The notes below the pieces were generated by a model. The model saw only the letters and a list, made by a program, of their open reading frames with translations, searched no databases and was not told where the DNA came from. A stretch of 64,000 nt of DNA from Callorhinchus milii. Taxonomy: Eukaryota. The stretch spans positions 82,090,001 to 82,154,000 of the forward strand of contig NW_024704742.1 of assembly GCF_018977255.1 (NCBI RefSeq). Direction: 5' to 3'. Below are positions 39,650 to 53,684 of the stretch, one piece after another; the first letter of the stretch is position 1; each line of letters opens with the position of its first letter. Both the position numbers and the translations under genes were made by a program.

Positions 39650-40232
39650 AATAATAATAATCATTACAGTTCATATGGCACCTTTTACAATACTTGGACG
39701 TCTCCCAGTGCTTCATAGAATCTACCATAAAATATAACGACTGTGTATTTTGTAACCAAACACTGCAGCCAGTTTACTCTAAGCAATGTCCCACAAACAG
39801 CCATGAAGTGACCAATTTTATTGAGGGATTGTTGGCCAGGACACTGGGAGAAACTCTCTTCTCTTTTTCAATAGTACTGTAGGATTTTTAATGTCTACCG
39901 GAATGGGTAAATTGGACCTTGGTTTAACATTTCATCCAAGTGGTGGCATACCCATCAATGCAAGATTCCACCAGCACTGTATTGGATGCCAAGTTTTGCC
40001 CACAAAACATACAGTTAATTCACTTTACAGTACATTCTGTGAAGTGCTTTGAGACGTCTCAAAGACGTGATAAGGCGCTATATCAAATGCAAGGATTATT
40101 ATATTATATTTATTACTTCTCAAGATATATAAAGAGTAACCTGGGAGCTGTAATTTTGCTCTGCTCATCATTGAACCCAAAACCTTCTGTCTAAGAGGCA
40201 AGACTGCGACCAAATGAGCCTTGCTGACACCT
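39650..40232 (-). mobile_element. DeuSINE-like SINE interrupted at ~39993-40170 by a copy of the 32021 locus
   Basis: Body runs to cagcactgtattgga (39986); head resumes at ttgaacccaaaaccttctg...gagccttgctgacac (40171-40230). Confidence 0.75.
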
Positions 40233-43099
40233 AGGTAAACTCTGATGTAGATGTAAGTAAACTATTTAACCTCTTGCCCCCACCACCCCTCCCACAGAGC
40301 AGCTGTTGTGTAGCATGAACTCCCACCAAAATCACTCAATGCATTATTGATTAACTCCATCAAAAACAAGAATATCTGGTTAGGAACGGGATTGAAATTT
40401 GTATCATTAAGTATGAGTCAATGAAAAAGTCTATAGAATACAATATTTTGGTGCTGCTGTGGCTGAAGCAGGACATCTATGGAGTGTCTGGAGATATGGG
40501 AATGGAGAGTTACTCTGGGGGTTTGCTTGATTACTTGAGGGTCAATGGAAATTTTAGAGATCTTTTCTGAGGAGCCAAATAATTGTGGTTGACTCAATGA
40601 TAGGATTAAATTATACAGTCTGTGGAAAGAACAGGCTTTGGTGAGGGAAAAGCCTTTTGTTATTCTGTGTATTTTCTTATCAAGAAAATTACTTCATTCA
40701 CTGTTTTTTGGGGTTTAGTCGGGTCGCTTGACTTGTGTGGAAACCCATCACCGTGCGTAAAACTGTTTATTGTGGTCTGCATGTGCTTCAATAAAATCCT
40801 CAGCAGGATTGTGGCCTACAGTTATTGGGAGCCTGACTTTGATCACCTCCTGCTGACAGGGAGCAGCTGATTTATACCAAATGAGACGACACAAATTGAC
40901 AGGACAATAGAACCCAATAAAGAAGCAGCTAGCTCTCCTGTTAGTATTTTGTTAGAAACATGATTATTTCAAATGGTTCTAGTGCTCATCTTCTGAGAAC
41001 GCAGCATCCCATTCCACTTCAGTTTCTTTTCTCCACTTTTCATTTCACTTCCTTATTTGTTTTCCTTAAGTCTTAAATGAAGGCAGTTCGTACCCATTTT
41101 GCTCCCTAATGAGGATCAAATTGACTATGTGAAGTGCTGAGTTACATCACCTTGAATGAGGGTTATGCTAAAGCAGGTATAAAAGTGCAGAACCTTTCAT
41201 ATTGAAATGCTCCAATGTATTTGCCAATTTGGGGTTGGTGGCACAAATGGTGTTGTGCAATGGAAAAAGTGACAAAATGCATATCTTCTCTAGAGCTGAC
41301 ATGTATGCCAGTATGATAGTTACTTACTCCAAAAATCCAAACTGCCCATGTTGGCTTCATCAGTGCTTGTCATGTGCGGGGAAGAAAAAATGGTTGACTT
41401 CTGGGTCATCAAGTCACTGTTACTTCCTGCATATGAAATGACATTGGTAATAATCTAATAACCTGCATGTTTGCCATTTTGGCCTCTCTGATTGTCATGT
41501 TGACTTCATGAGCGTACACATAGTAAATACAAAAAGTGCTGACCAGCAGATCTTACAGCACTGTAATGTTTGGTACTTAATGTTATACTAAGCTCTATTA
41601 CATGAGGCTTTGATCAGCTTTGCTCACCTATAAGAAACGATCACTGCACTTTGATGTAATAAGATGCTATACAAGAACACATTTTCTGTCTATCACAAGT
41701 TAAGACGACTGTATTTGCATTACTCTGATGGTTTTCTTTCTGCGCTTTGAGACACTGCCCATGTGAAGGACCTACGCCTTTCTTTCAATTGTACACCTCA
41801 AAAGCATCAGCATCTCTTAATAAAGTGAAAGTTGTACCCGCAAAATACAGTTATTACACTTTACAGTGAATAAGCACTTTGAGGGGTCCACACTGCTTAC
41901 CTCTTTGAACCGTGTCTATGGTCACCTCCTCCCCTTCTCCCTTGCTTGGCATCCCATCCCACCACTATGCTATTTTATGTGAAGGACGTCGTATAAATGC
42001 AAGTTGTTATTGTTCTCCTAGAATGAAAGGCACAATAGCAAAGGCAAGGTTTCTTAGCTTGAAAATTTTATCATGATCTTGAAAAAATTTGTTTCAAAAC
42101 TGCAAAGTATTTTTTGTGAACTGATTACTACTCAGGAGTCGTAAGTTCTGTAATACAGCTGGTACTTGTTTGACTTAATATACTAAAGCAGCACCTTTAA
42201 TGGATGATTCTGTGTCTTATAATTTAATCAGTATTTAATCAGCCCTCGAGCCTTTTACAAGTGGTCAGTGATACATTCACAAAAGTATTGATGTCCACTT
42301 GTGAGTTCAGAACTTCTGGTAATAAATGAGTGTCGATAAATAATAAAATAATAATACTTCCTGCATACAGTATCTTTCACATCATAAGGCTGACTCATAG
42401 CACTTCACAAGATTTACTGGAAAGTGTTATGACTGTGTATTTTGCAGGTGAACAAACAGAGACAGTCTACATTGACAATCCTATGCAATGATTAAACTTG
42501 CATTTTAATGCTCCTTCCCCCCCAGTATTAATAGCAGTTTTTTTTCAAAGAAAGATTTCATGGCCATTTCACTCAGAGGACAGGTTGCTGCAGGTTCACT
42601 TTTTATAGAAAGATTATTTTAAGGAAAATATTTATAGTCACATAGGTTTCTGATAAATGCTAATATCTGTTTCTATCATCTTCCATCCCCACTCCCATTC
42701 AATTCCTAATAAAAAGAAACTCAGACATGCACCCTGCAATCTGCAGTTATTGCCCCATCTCTGACTTGCCTTTTGTCCCCAAGGAAAGCCACCAAAATCT
42801 TGTTGCCTGTGCGAAAGAGCACCTTCCCCACCTCTCTCTGCTCAATCTCCCATTGTGATTGCAAAGTAGTTTGAAAACTTGTTAGGCTTTATATAAGTGT
42901 GAATTTTTAATGTCATTTAGAGTATTAATATTGTATGGTCAAATCCATTTATATCCTTTTTTGTCTATTCAAAGCTATTACGTAAATCAGAACTTCACAT
43001 GTGTTAAAGTATTCTGTCTATTTATCTTTACAAAAACTTCTTTATTAATTATTTGTAGCTCTCAGTCATGACAGCAGAACAGAAGATGTCTGACCTCAT

Positions 43100-43252
43100 C
43101 TCCCAGTGGTTCAGTTAGGAAAGGCACAGTCTAATTGGAAACAGTCTGGAACAGTGTAAAACAGCTCCAATGCATGATATTCTTGCTGTGTTAATTTAGC
43201 TGATCCCCAAGTAGTAATGAGGACATCACAATTGGTTTCTGCACCCTGGCCA
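43100..43252 (+). mobile_element. LF-SINE-like fragment (5' part)
   Basis: cagtggttcagttaggaaaggcac...ctgtgttaatttagctgatcccca...cacaattggtttctgcaccctgg, resembling the recalled LF-SINE consensus. Confidence 0.5.
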
Positions 43253-43584
43253 TGTGAATAATCAGTTACCATGAGTAAACATTAGTTATCAGTTATTTGG
43301 ATTCTTATATTGCAGGGTTGCTATTAATCATGGTTGCCATTGATTATATCATTGAGGTTTGGAACTCAAAGGGCGGGGAATTACAGGGACAATTGAATAA
43401 GAAGACATAAGTTTAGAGCTACAAAGGGGAATTTCAGAACCAATACCAGAAAGTTTTACTTTACCTAGAGAGTGCTTAACAACCAGAAGAGGTAGTTATG
43501 CAGGGTTGTTGAGATCAGAATACTAGACTCATATAAAAAAAACTCAATGCTGTGAATGGAAAGACAGTATGGTGGGTATTCTAT

Positions 43585-43880
43585 AAAATGTAATGTTTAT
43601 TTTGTTGGTAAACATGCCAACCATTTTGTGCTTAGCCCTGTCTCACAAACAACCATGAAGTGAATGGTCAATTTTACCTGGGGAATCATTGGCCAGGAAA
43701 ACGTGAGAAAACCATGCTGCTGTGAGGTTAATACCCACCTCTAATGATGCATCACCCCCACCTCCAGGACTGCACTGGAGTGTCAGTCTGGACAATGAGC
43801 TTAAATTCCTGATGTTGGACTTGAATCAACAACCTTCCAATATAGAGGTAAGAGTGCTACAAACTGAGCCAGGGTGACAT
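43585..43880 (-). mobile_element. DeuSINE-like SINE
   Basis: actgcactggagtgtcagtctgga...cttgaatcaacaaccttcc...agagtgctacaaactgagccagg. Confidence 0.7.
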
Positions 43881-44039
43881 GCATAAAGGGGAAAAAAGTC
43901 ACTGATATAAGACTTTAAAATATATATGAAGAATAACGTAACAGAGCTTGAAAGTTCCACAGGCAATGGAAAGGAAGTAAGTGTTTTTATACATTATCAA
44001 TCACCTCAAATCATTCAGTCACAAGAATTTTGTTTTACT

Positions 44040-44255
44040 TGAAGATTTGTTGAGATGTGAAGCTCTGCCTAGTAGTGTGCTGGAGGTGAAGTCTGTTGTA
44101 ACTTTCAAGAGGAAAGTTATATGAAGGGAAAGTATATGGCTTGAAGGGATTTGGGCATAAGGTGTGGCAGTGGGATTGAATTGATCTGTGAGCCAGTGCA
44201 GACTCGATGAACCGAATGGCTTCCTTCTGCGCTGTTGACGTCCATGTCTGTTTCT
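44040..44255 (+). mobile_element. CR1 3' fragment
   Basis: ctctgcctagtagtgtgctggagg...actttcaagagg...gactcgatgaaccgaatggcttccttctgcgctgt. Confidence 0.7.
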
Positions 44256-44619
44256 AAGACTTCCTTTTCCTTAGAGTGATGTCTGGAATGTACACTTAAG
44301 CAGATACCTTTTTATTTCCATGGGAATTGACTAGCAAGCACTCAGCATAAGATTTAAGTACTCAAGAATATAGTTTTTCAATTAAATCTCTTCTCAATTG
44401 CATAATTTATGAATAGCACGGTGGTGAATTATTTCATGTCACTGATTGTTGCAGCTTTTGCAATTCTCAAAGTCAATGCACACAGCGGCAAGTGGAGTCC
44501 AACATCCTCCACATTCTTAGGACTTATTTCTATTTATAAAATACAGTTTATAACAATAGAGTGAACAGCTCCAGATTTTGATCTTCCCTGGGAGCTATAT
44601 ATCTATATATCATTTTTCC

Positions 44620-45200
44620 AGGGATAATAATCCTGAAAAAAAATGTGGTCACTCAATCAATGACTGTTTGTGGGACACTGCTGTGCACAATTGGCTGCCA
44701 CGTTTCGCCCACAAATATACAGTCAATTACAATATATTCTGTGAAGCGCTTTGAGGCATCACAAAGATGTGAAAAGGGCTATATCAAATATATGCTTTAT
44801 TAAAATTATATGGAGACACTTAACCATTGTGGCAATGGCACCTTCTCTTGACTTAATTTAAAGCACTATAACTGCTTGCCCAATGCAAGGGATTTCTTTG
44901 AAAGCATTCTCAATTCAGAGGTAATAATAGTAATTCTTGCATTTGATAATTATGTTGTCACAATATCTCAAAGATCTTCACGGAATATACTGTAACGTGA
45001 AATGACTGTATATTTTGTGGGCAAAACTTGGCAGCCAATTGCGCACAGCAGTGTCCCACAAACAGTCATGCGGTGAGTGACCTTATTTTTTATTATTATA
45101 GGGGGAATAAATATTACCCCCGGAAAGTAGTCCACCAATCAACTTATTGGTATGTAAATAGAGTTGTGTGGAATAAGGAAAAATGCCTAAGATTTTGCGT
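44620..45200. mobile_element. Two young SINE fragments in tail-to-tail orientation (44620-44790 +, 44925-45200 -)
   Basis: Both contain the gactgtttgtgggacactgctgtgc.caattggctgcca core, on opposite strands. Confidence 0.8.
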
Positions 45201-48200
45201 ATGTGCACCATCCATTATCAATTACTGAATCTGAAGGAAGCACAGGAACTTAATGTTAAGGGATAAGGAATGCTCAAAAGTAGCCAACTGGTGGGAAGGG
45301 AAGCATTCCTATTCAACAACAACAACAAATTACATTTGCTCTTCACGTCAGGAGGACGTCCCAAGGCGCTGTTAGAGGAGGACATGACAATTAGAGAGTG
45401 TGCAAATGTATCCTCAGTGGACAACAGCTTGAATTATTTGGTTGACAATCTCCTCACATAAACAGAAGACACAAACAACAACAAACTGTTGTAAACCACC
45501 AAGAACAACTGGAGACATTGACATTCTTGAGAAAATTGGATTGTAAAGGTCCATGGGCTAAACCTCAGAGATTTAAATTATCCTGGATTTATATATAGAG
45601 GAGGAAATTAATGGAACCAGTGCAAGAGAGCTTACGTATTCAGCTTGTTGAAATGTGTGGATGGAAATAATACTAAATTTTTTTAAAAAATTGTATTTGA
45701 TATAGCACCTTCATGTCAGGCAGACGTTTCTTGAATTTACTGTAAATCTAGTGACTGAGGCTTTTGTAAGTAAACACTTAGCAAAGTTAACAGCGAACCA
45801 AAGGTGCCTGCCAATCCTACATTTGAATAGTATGGTAATTGATGGTGAAATATTACATTGAAAACTTAATTATCAATAAATATATATTTTTGTGTATATA
45901 TATGTTTAAAAGAGATCAAGTATAAAAGAGAAACAGAGATCTGTTCAATATTATAATGAAATGGGGGTGAGAGCAAGAAGGCCCAACAAAACCTGAAGCT
46001 TCGAGGACACAATAGAGTATAAATTTACATTTATTACAGGATCTTTCACATCAGAAGAATCTCCCAAAATGTTTAACAGTAGTGGCTGGGCACTCAAACT
46101 AGGAATGGGAGCTGAAGGGGGTGAGGAAGGAAAAGATAATACCAATAATAATCCTTGCATTTGATATAGCGACTTTTCATGTTGTTGAGACGTCTCAAAG
46201 CACTTCACTGTAATGCAGATTCACTGTGTGGGGGTAAAAGTGCAGTCAAAGAAGTAGATCTTGAGATAAATAGAAAAAAATTGAAAATAAATAGCTTCAG
46301 TGGGTTTGAAAGAGTATTTGTGGAAGATAAATGATTATTAACAAAAAAGTGTTTTGAGGAGAGAGAGCATATAGCAGGTCAAAAATATGGTCAACTTTTA
46401 AAATAATATTTTAACATCCTTACCAAACACCACATCTGATATGGTGATGAATTTGACACAATTCATTGGCGACTATATAGGGATTCAGAATGCAAAACTG
46501 GTTTCAGCTCCAGATTTTGGTCTTTCCTGGGAGTTAAGGAGAACTCTGAACATATGTAAATCAGCGCTTTGGGATATCCTCCTGATGTGAAAGGCGCTCT
46601 ATAAATGTAATTTGTTATTGTTATAGATAAGCACATATATAGAGCTCCTTCTGTTACAAAGTGCCTAATGCAGACTAACTTTAATGTTATTAACATGCAG
46701 GCCAAATGACGAATTCGCTAAAAACAAGGGCCTTAGGATGGCCTCCCAAAGTAAAAGACGCAATACTAAACGTAAGTTTGTATTGTAATTTGTGTTGTTT
46801 GATAAAGCTTCAGTGTGCTCAAATAGACCTCCTGGGCATTTGTAAACATACTATTTTAAAAAAAAGTTTAAACATTCTTTAAATTTGTCAGTAGTAGAAT
46901 CTGGTTTTATAATGTAGTCAAGGTATTGATTGATTCAGTGGTTTCAGGTCCAGGCCTTCAAATCAAATTGATGTCCCTAATATTTGATTTGTACTGCACT
47001 TTTATTGCCAATTTGACAACAGAATTGCATTGAATCGATGCACAAGATGCAGTACAAATAGCCTATTAGAGTATTGTTTCCAGATTTGGTCACTGTGTCT
47101 ACAGAAAGACATAAGACATTGGGGTAATTTATATCTAAGATCCCAAAGTTATGAGGAGAAGATCATGCAGTTTGATTTCTTCTCATTGTTAGAAGATTGA
47201 GAAGAGACATAATTCAAGTGTGTGAATATATCAATGGGATGAGTTTGGGTCATCGTTATATCCATACTTTCTAAAGTTATGGAAGGTCCAGCCAATTTTG
47301 AAATTATCCTTTACTTTGAAACTTGTGATTTAATCTACAATTGTCAGTAGATTTTGTGTAGCATGGCTGCTCCACTGTCGCTCACATACCTCTGAAACTC
47401 TGCTGTTAAGGACATGGTAATTAACTTATCATAACCTTGAATCTTCAAGCTGTCCGACAGGGTCTTCCACCAAATTTATGTTAATAGCCATGTTGTTTCC
47501 TCCCAAATACCTTTATCAGTAAACTATTTGAGGAATCTCTGACTTCCTTTCCATCAACTCTGGGGTTCTCCAGGGGTCTGTTCCTTCTCCCACTTATTTA
47601 TTTTATGCATCAATGGCCGCAACATTATATGACCCTCTCTACAATTTTACTAATGATCCCACTCTACATTCATCAACTTGCTTCAGCGCACACATCTTTC
47701 ATTTCTTTTGCATTGAACTATCTGAATCACTAAACCTTAATCGAAATGCATTCCCTCCAATGGGACCAAGGCAGTCACAAACAGTAGTTGTGTGCCGATT
47801 GGTGATTCTTTTACTTGTTCTTCACAAGGAATTGTTGGCAAGTGCAGTGACTGTGCATTTGTAGGCAGCTTCAGCAACCAAATTGAACAGAATGAGGTGC
47901 CACAAAAAGCATGACCAATTAGCCATCATAATTGCCGACCTTGAGAGAAACTATGAGAGAGGACATTGAGAGAAACATCCTTCTCTTGTCCAATAGAGTT
48001 GTGGATCTCAGCATCTCTATGTGCTTTGACATGCCCTCCCAATAAGAAAGGTGTGATATAAATGTAAATTATGTTACATTATATTAAAGTAAGAAGCTAC
48101 ACACAGTGATGCTGAGTCAAAATATTCTATTCTGTCAATCTGAGTAAAAATGTGTCACAATTGAGGACATCAGTGGAAATGTTTTGAAAGACAGGAGATG

Positions 48201-48739
48201 CGTTTCAGGTTTAAGTGCCATTCGTGTTATGTTTGCGGAAATGATGTGATATCAATATTTAATGAGCCTTTCTCATCATTGTGCAGAGGTGCTCGACAAG
48301 TCAGATGATGAGGTATTTCTTTTTCCTTTTATCTTCCATGGGATTCCGCAAACTATGCTCCAACCGTGGTTGACAGGGCAAGTAGGTAACCTACTTCCAA
48401 AGCTGCACTAATAAGATTCTGAAACCAACATGAGCAGATGTATGAGAGTGATTCAGGCTGATATATTCTCATTTTCTGAACCTCCCTGTGGGAAAGTGCC
48501 TTCTCTTAGATTGCTTGGGAACTTGTCAGCTCAAACAAAGATACTCGCCCCACTACCAACAGATTCAAGCAATACGAATACAAAATTGTGCCTGTCCATA
48601 AAATGCTCTCAGGTTCAGTAAGTGTCTAAGACCTTCTGATATAACAAGGCAGCAGGACAAGAGGTTCAGGGTTACAAAGAGCAATTTCAGGACAGAAGCC
48701 AGGAAGTATTTATTTATTTTATTTATTTTAAAACTTTTC

Positions 48740-48939
48740 CAGGCGTAATGATCCCTTCAAAAAATATAATAATAATAATAATTTGGTCACTCAACCCACG
48801 ACTGCTTGTGGGACACTGCTGTACACAAATGACTGCCGCGTTTTGCCCCCAAAACACAGTCAATTCACTTTACAGTATTCTGTGAAGCACTTTGAGACAT
48901 GATAAAGTACTATATCAAATGCAAGGATTATTATTATTA
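48740..48939 (+). mobile_element. Young SINE 3' part inserted in an old CR1 fragment (~48650-49020)
   Basis: ggtcactcaacccacgactgcttgtgggacac...atcaaatgcaagg(att)n. Flanks read aggacaagagg...ttcaggacagaagccaggaag and agggtgttcaaggcc. Confidence 0.75.
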
Positions 48940-51900
48940 CCGGGAAGGGTGTTCAAGGCCTAGGACACTACACTTGTTCTTAAAAAAAATGTTGGATTGG
49001 ATCGTAGATTGGGTATTCAGGACAAAGTAACTCTGTATCACATGCCTTATATTTTTTGGGGGTCACCATTTCAACTTTGATTTCTTTAAATTAGCATATG
49101 ATTGTAAGAAGAGCAGCCAAATATTTTCATATTCATCACTGCTCCTATAAATAGAACACATCTTCTAAGAGTGGGCAATATCCCAGTGTTCCTTTATTTA
49201 CAGTGCCAAAATTGCATGTTCATGGCTTCACACTTGGTCTGGAGATATCTATGTGCTGTAACCAGTAACGTACGTACATATTCAGCTTCCTGTGTTATCT
49301 CATAAAGCAAGTTGTTAGTTCCTTTGGCCATTGATGTTACATATGGTCAAACTGTTGTTGATCCAAGCTCCAGTTCAGGATTATAGCAATTAGGCAATTG
49401 ATCATTCCATCAAACAGCCTATCCAGCACAAAGGTTTTCTACCATTCTGTAACAGGACACACTACCTTAGCTCAGATGATCATCCATCCTTTGATGTTTG
49501 TAGTTTTTTTAAAAAAAGGTGGTTATCATGATAATTATATTCTGTTCCATCATCTCCAACAAAGCGTTGTAGAAGCATTAGATCAGATGATTTTATGCTC
49601 AATTCTCATTCTGCAGTAAAGTCAGTTTCCTGGAAACAGAATTATTGTTTCACAAATCTTTAACAATTATATCCAATCTATTTGTACACTCAAATCCCTC
49701 CTAGCCAGACTAATAGGGAGATCCGGTCTGGCGAGCCGGAATTTCCGGCTAAGTATAATCACTTCTGGTATTGCATTTACCGGCATATTTGTTGTACGAA
49801 TGTACTGTATGTTAAACTTGGCTATCTTCTGCTCATGGGATTCTAGCCTAACTAAAGAAACAATCTGAGGTTCAGTGCTAAAGGAGAACAGCGGGCCTAC
49901 ACATGGACACAGTGAAGACAAGAATGGTGAGGCAGGAAACTGTGGGTATCCAATAGGCTGCTAAACTTAGCGTTTTGTTTATTTTTTAAAAAGTTTGAAT
50001 TCTGAATACCCAGAGCACAATAAAACAGGGTTTCCTGTGTATGTAACCAAAGCTGTCCATTACCAAAAAAAAATCTCTGCAAAAAAATGTTTCAATCAGA
50101 TAAATGTGTTGTGTTGTTCCAAAACCAAATCTCAAATCTTGGTTAGTTTTTGATGTTTGCCAAGACAGTCTATTTTTCCAAGTGTGTTTTTACGATGCTT
50201 TTAACATGGGAATATTAGCAAATATAATCCTGTCATCTAGAATACTGTAGTAACAGGAGTATTAGATAGGAGTAGACAATTGACAAGCATACCTGTCCAA
50301 GTTCCCAAAATATTTCTTTGAGACACCTGTCATATAATCTAATAACCCTGAATCCTTTGAAATGTGATGCCCTTGTGCAGATCCTTTTTGAAATCATCTT
50401 GTAGTGATCGTACAGTAGTAATGATAATAAATCTGATTTCTAAAGTAAAGAAGGCTCTCACATTCTATGCAACCACTTGACCCAGCTTACTTTCTAAACT
50501 TGGCACTTTTGAATTGTAAAATATCTGCAATTTCATGGCAACACTATAAAAAGCAGAACAAACATTGGTTTCAAACAGAGAGATTGAAATAAGTAAGATA
50601 GCCAGCCAAGACCTTCAATTCCACTCTTGCAATCTTGTGTTCCAATTGTTAAAATCGTGCCAGTAATCTGCATCATTCCATTGGCTTGGTACTTTTCATT
50701 TTTGTAGTCCGCACAAGACAAGACAAGATAATGATGTGCTTATAAGAGCTGTATAAACAAAAATGATTTTTTCATAGAAAAAATGCTGTGTGATATCACA
50801 CCCAATGGTTGAATTGATTTGCACCAGGAATATTGATGAAAGCCTTTTATTTCATACAACAAATAATAATGAAACATAAAGAAGTGCAATGAAATACTTT
50901 GCTTACTTCTACTAACCATGACCCAGGTAGAGCCCTATTAATACAGATGATTACCATTTTAAAGAAGGGTGACAATGAACCCATGACTTGTTGCTTCTTC
51001 TTAAGTCAAGGGCAAAATAAATCATACCACTCATCTGGGCAGAAGATCAAATAATATATATGTGCAGATTTGACATCACTCATGGGGAAGTGACTGTGAA
51101 AGCTAGCCTAGCCAATGTCTATCCCCACTACCTTCTGAATGAAATTAAGTCTTTTCACAATCCAGGGAAAGAGCCAAAGCTATAGATTGATGGATTATAT
51201 TCAAGATGTGACTGATACTGTCAGCTCCTTGTCAGCCTTTGTGATTACTAGGTTTCTGGTAAATTCTGAGTAAGACTTCTTCCAAACTCCAAATTAGCTA
51301 CAATCATTTTGCCACACAAGTTGCCAAGATTTGTTGCCAAAGTTTTAAAATCGCAAATTTCAATGGGAGTTTTCTTTTTTTACAAGGAACACTAAAATTC
51401 CTGTGAATTTCGATGGCTATCCCCGAAAGCCCTGTGATTGCAGGCCCAATGTACCATTTTATCTTAGACCTCTGCTTAGCTAACATTCCAGAGAAGGATT
51501 TATACTTGCTTGTATCAGGTCAGTGTCTTAATATACTTGTGATTTAATGGTCTGTTTATCTGGTTTATTTCATCCTTGTTACCAACCAAGGAAAAGCAAT
51601 CATGAGCTCCTCAATCTTGTGTGAGGAACGGGTAGAATCCACCTTGCACAGGTCCTGTTAAAACCTCAGTATCATTAATTTCAGATCTACTGACAAAAAA
51701 CACTCTATCAAACCTTTGTATGTGAGGGATTGCACTTGACTGCTTGCTCCCATTGATGCAGTATATGCCCCAGCAGTCAGCCAGTTGAATTCCCAATGTG
51801 TATTTGTAAATCTGAGGTAATGCTCAGCTTGGGCTGACCTATGCATTATTAGTACAGTGCTAGAGAACAAGCTTTAGCATGCTTTATTTCTCTTTTTCCT

Positions 51901-53684
51901 TATCAATTCATAAAGAATTATTTAGTCCCTCAAAAGTGACTTGACAGCCTTCCTTCGTAACAGGGGATGATGGTGGGGTAAATTTTATTTCTGTAATTGT
52001 TCTTCTCTTTTCCCTTTTGCCTCTTGTATGTGTCAAGGTGATGTTTGTGCTGGCAAACAGAATGCTCTTCCCATTACAAGTATTCGTGTCACTGTTTTTA
52101 AGTTTTTTAAGTGAAACACAGACAACTGCAGAGGGAAACGCTTTCTACAGTATCTCAATGCTAAGCTCAAACTTCTGCCTGGTCTTAGCCTGTAAGACCA
52201 TTTTAGCCTTTACAATTTTAGATTTCACAAAATTATGGAAACGTTTTAAATCCGGTCCCACAATTCGAAAAGAGAAAAAGCTTTTTCCCAGTGTCCTGAC
52301 CAACCATCCCCCCAAATGAAATGTGTGATTAGTTTCATGGCTGTTTGTGGATCATTGCTGTGCATAAATTGGCTGTTGCATTCACCCACGAAACACATAG
52401 TGACTTCACTTTATATTATATCCTGTGAGGCGCTTTGAGGTGTCCTCCTGACATGAAAGGCACTTTACCAAATGTAAAACCTCTGATTCAGCAATAGGAG
52501 TGGTATCAACTGAGCCAGGCTGACACACAGCGAAGGGGTAAATGGATAGGGTTATGATTGTTGATCATTCCCAATTATTTTGAGTCAGTGTGAAACTACA
52601 GTCAACGAGGCAAATCAAATATGAACACCTTAAGGTTAATTGATTGTAATTTGAAGTAAGTTATTCCAAATGTCGTAAGGAACAATAACACAATCACGTT
52701 TACAGAGCCCCTTTCATGTCGGGAGGATGTCCCAAAGCGCTGAAAGGAAGGCTAAGGTTGGAAAACTATGCATGGTTTAGAACACGATGATTTCCAAAAG
52801 GACTTTACCCAATAGAGAGGGTGCACAGATGAGCAGCAAGGATGACTTCACAACATAGGGCTCCTATGTAGATTCCTTAAGGAGCCTGGAGAATAGAGCT
52901 AATCACGCCTCTAAAAGTGCCTCCCAGCATGTTATTGTCTTTTGTTGCACAATGCAGCAGTCTGTCATTTGTACAGATGGAAAAGGTTAAGTTGGGCAAT
53001 AGAGGTTGTAATTTTCCTAACATCTTATTTTGTGCCTCTGAACTTGTAGGTAACAGGGGAAGATTATTTTGTCTATTGTCTATTGTCGTCTTTGTATGCA
53101 CGGCAAATTTATGACTAGCCTTTGAAAAGCTCATGGCGTTTCCTTAGTTTTTGGAAAAATGTGAAAGCATCGTGTTCCTGATTCTTGACTGAGCCTTTCT
53201 AAGCCAATTCAGATCTGAGATACAAAGATAATCATCAATAATAGCTTTACAAATTGCCTCTGAGACGGATGTGTTGAAGAAATAAATATTTAGCCATGTT
53301 TCCAAGGAACCACCTTTCAAATGTATTGTGTGTAATCTCTTCCAGTGACTGATTGTCTTAACAACAACAATAATCTGCATCTATATAGAGTCCTTCACGT
53401 GGGGCAGTGTATTGGAGCGCTTATCAACCACATAAAAAAAGTTAGTAGCCTACTATTGACGCAAAGCGTGCAATATAAATGCAAGCTGTTGATGTTCTTT
53501 TCAAAAGTGCGGACACTGAAACTACACAAACTACATTTCACCCCCTCTCCCCAGTTGGAGTAATTTTGCTGTGTTAAAGACTAAAGTAAACATTAGTTTC
53601 TTTTTAATGAGGCTACATGTCTGTTTGCAGGAATTTGCTGCCACAAATTTGTGTCCACCCCCTCTGATTTTTGGAGGGACCTAA

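Noticed and set aside
46424..46530. Minus-strand exon-like segment (cccag|...gtttg|gtaagg)
   Set aside because: Stop codons in all three frames and no other support.
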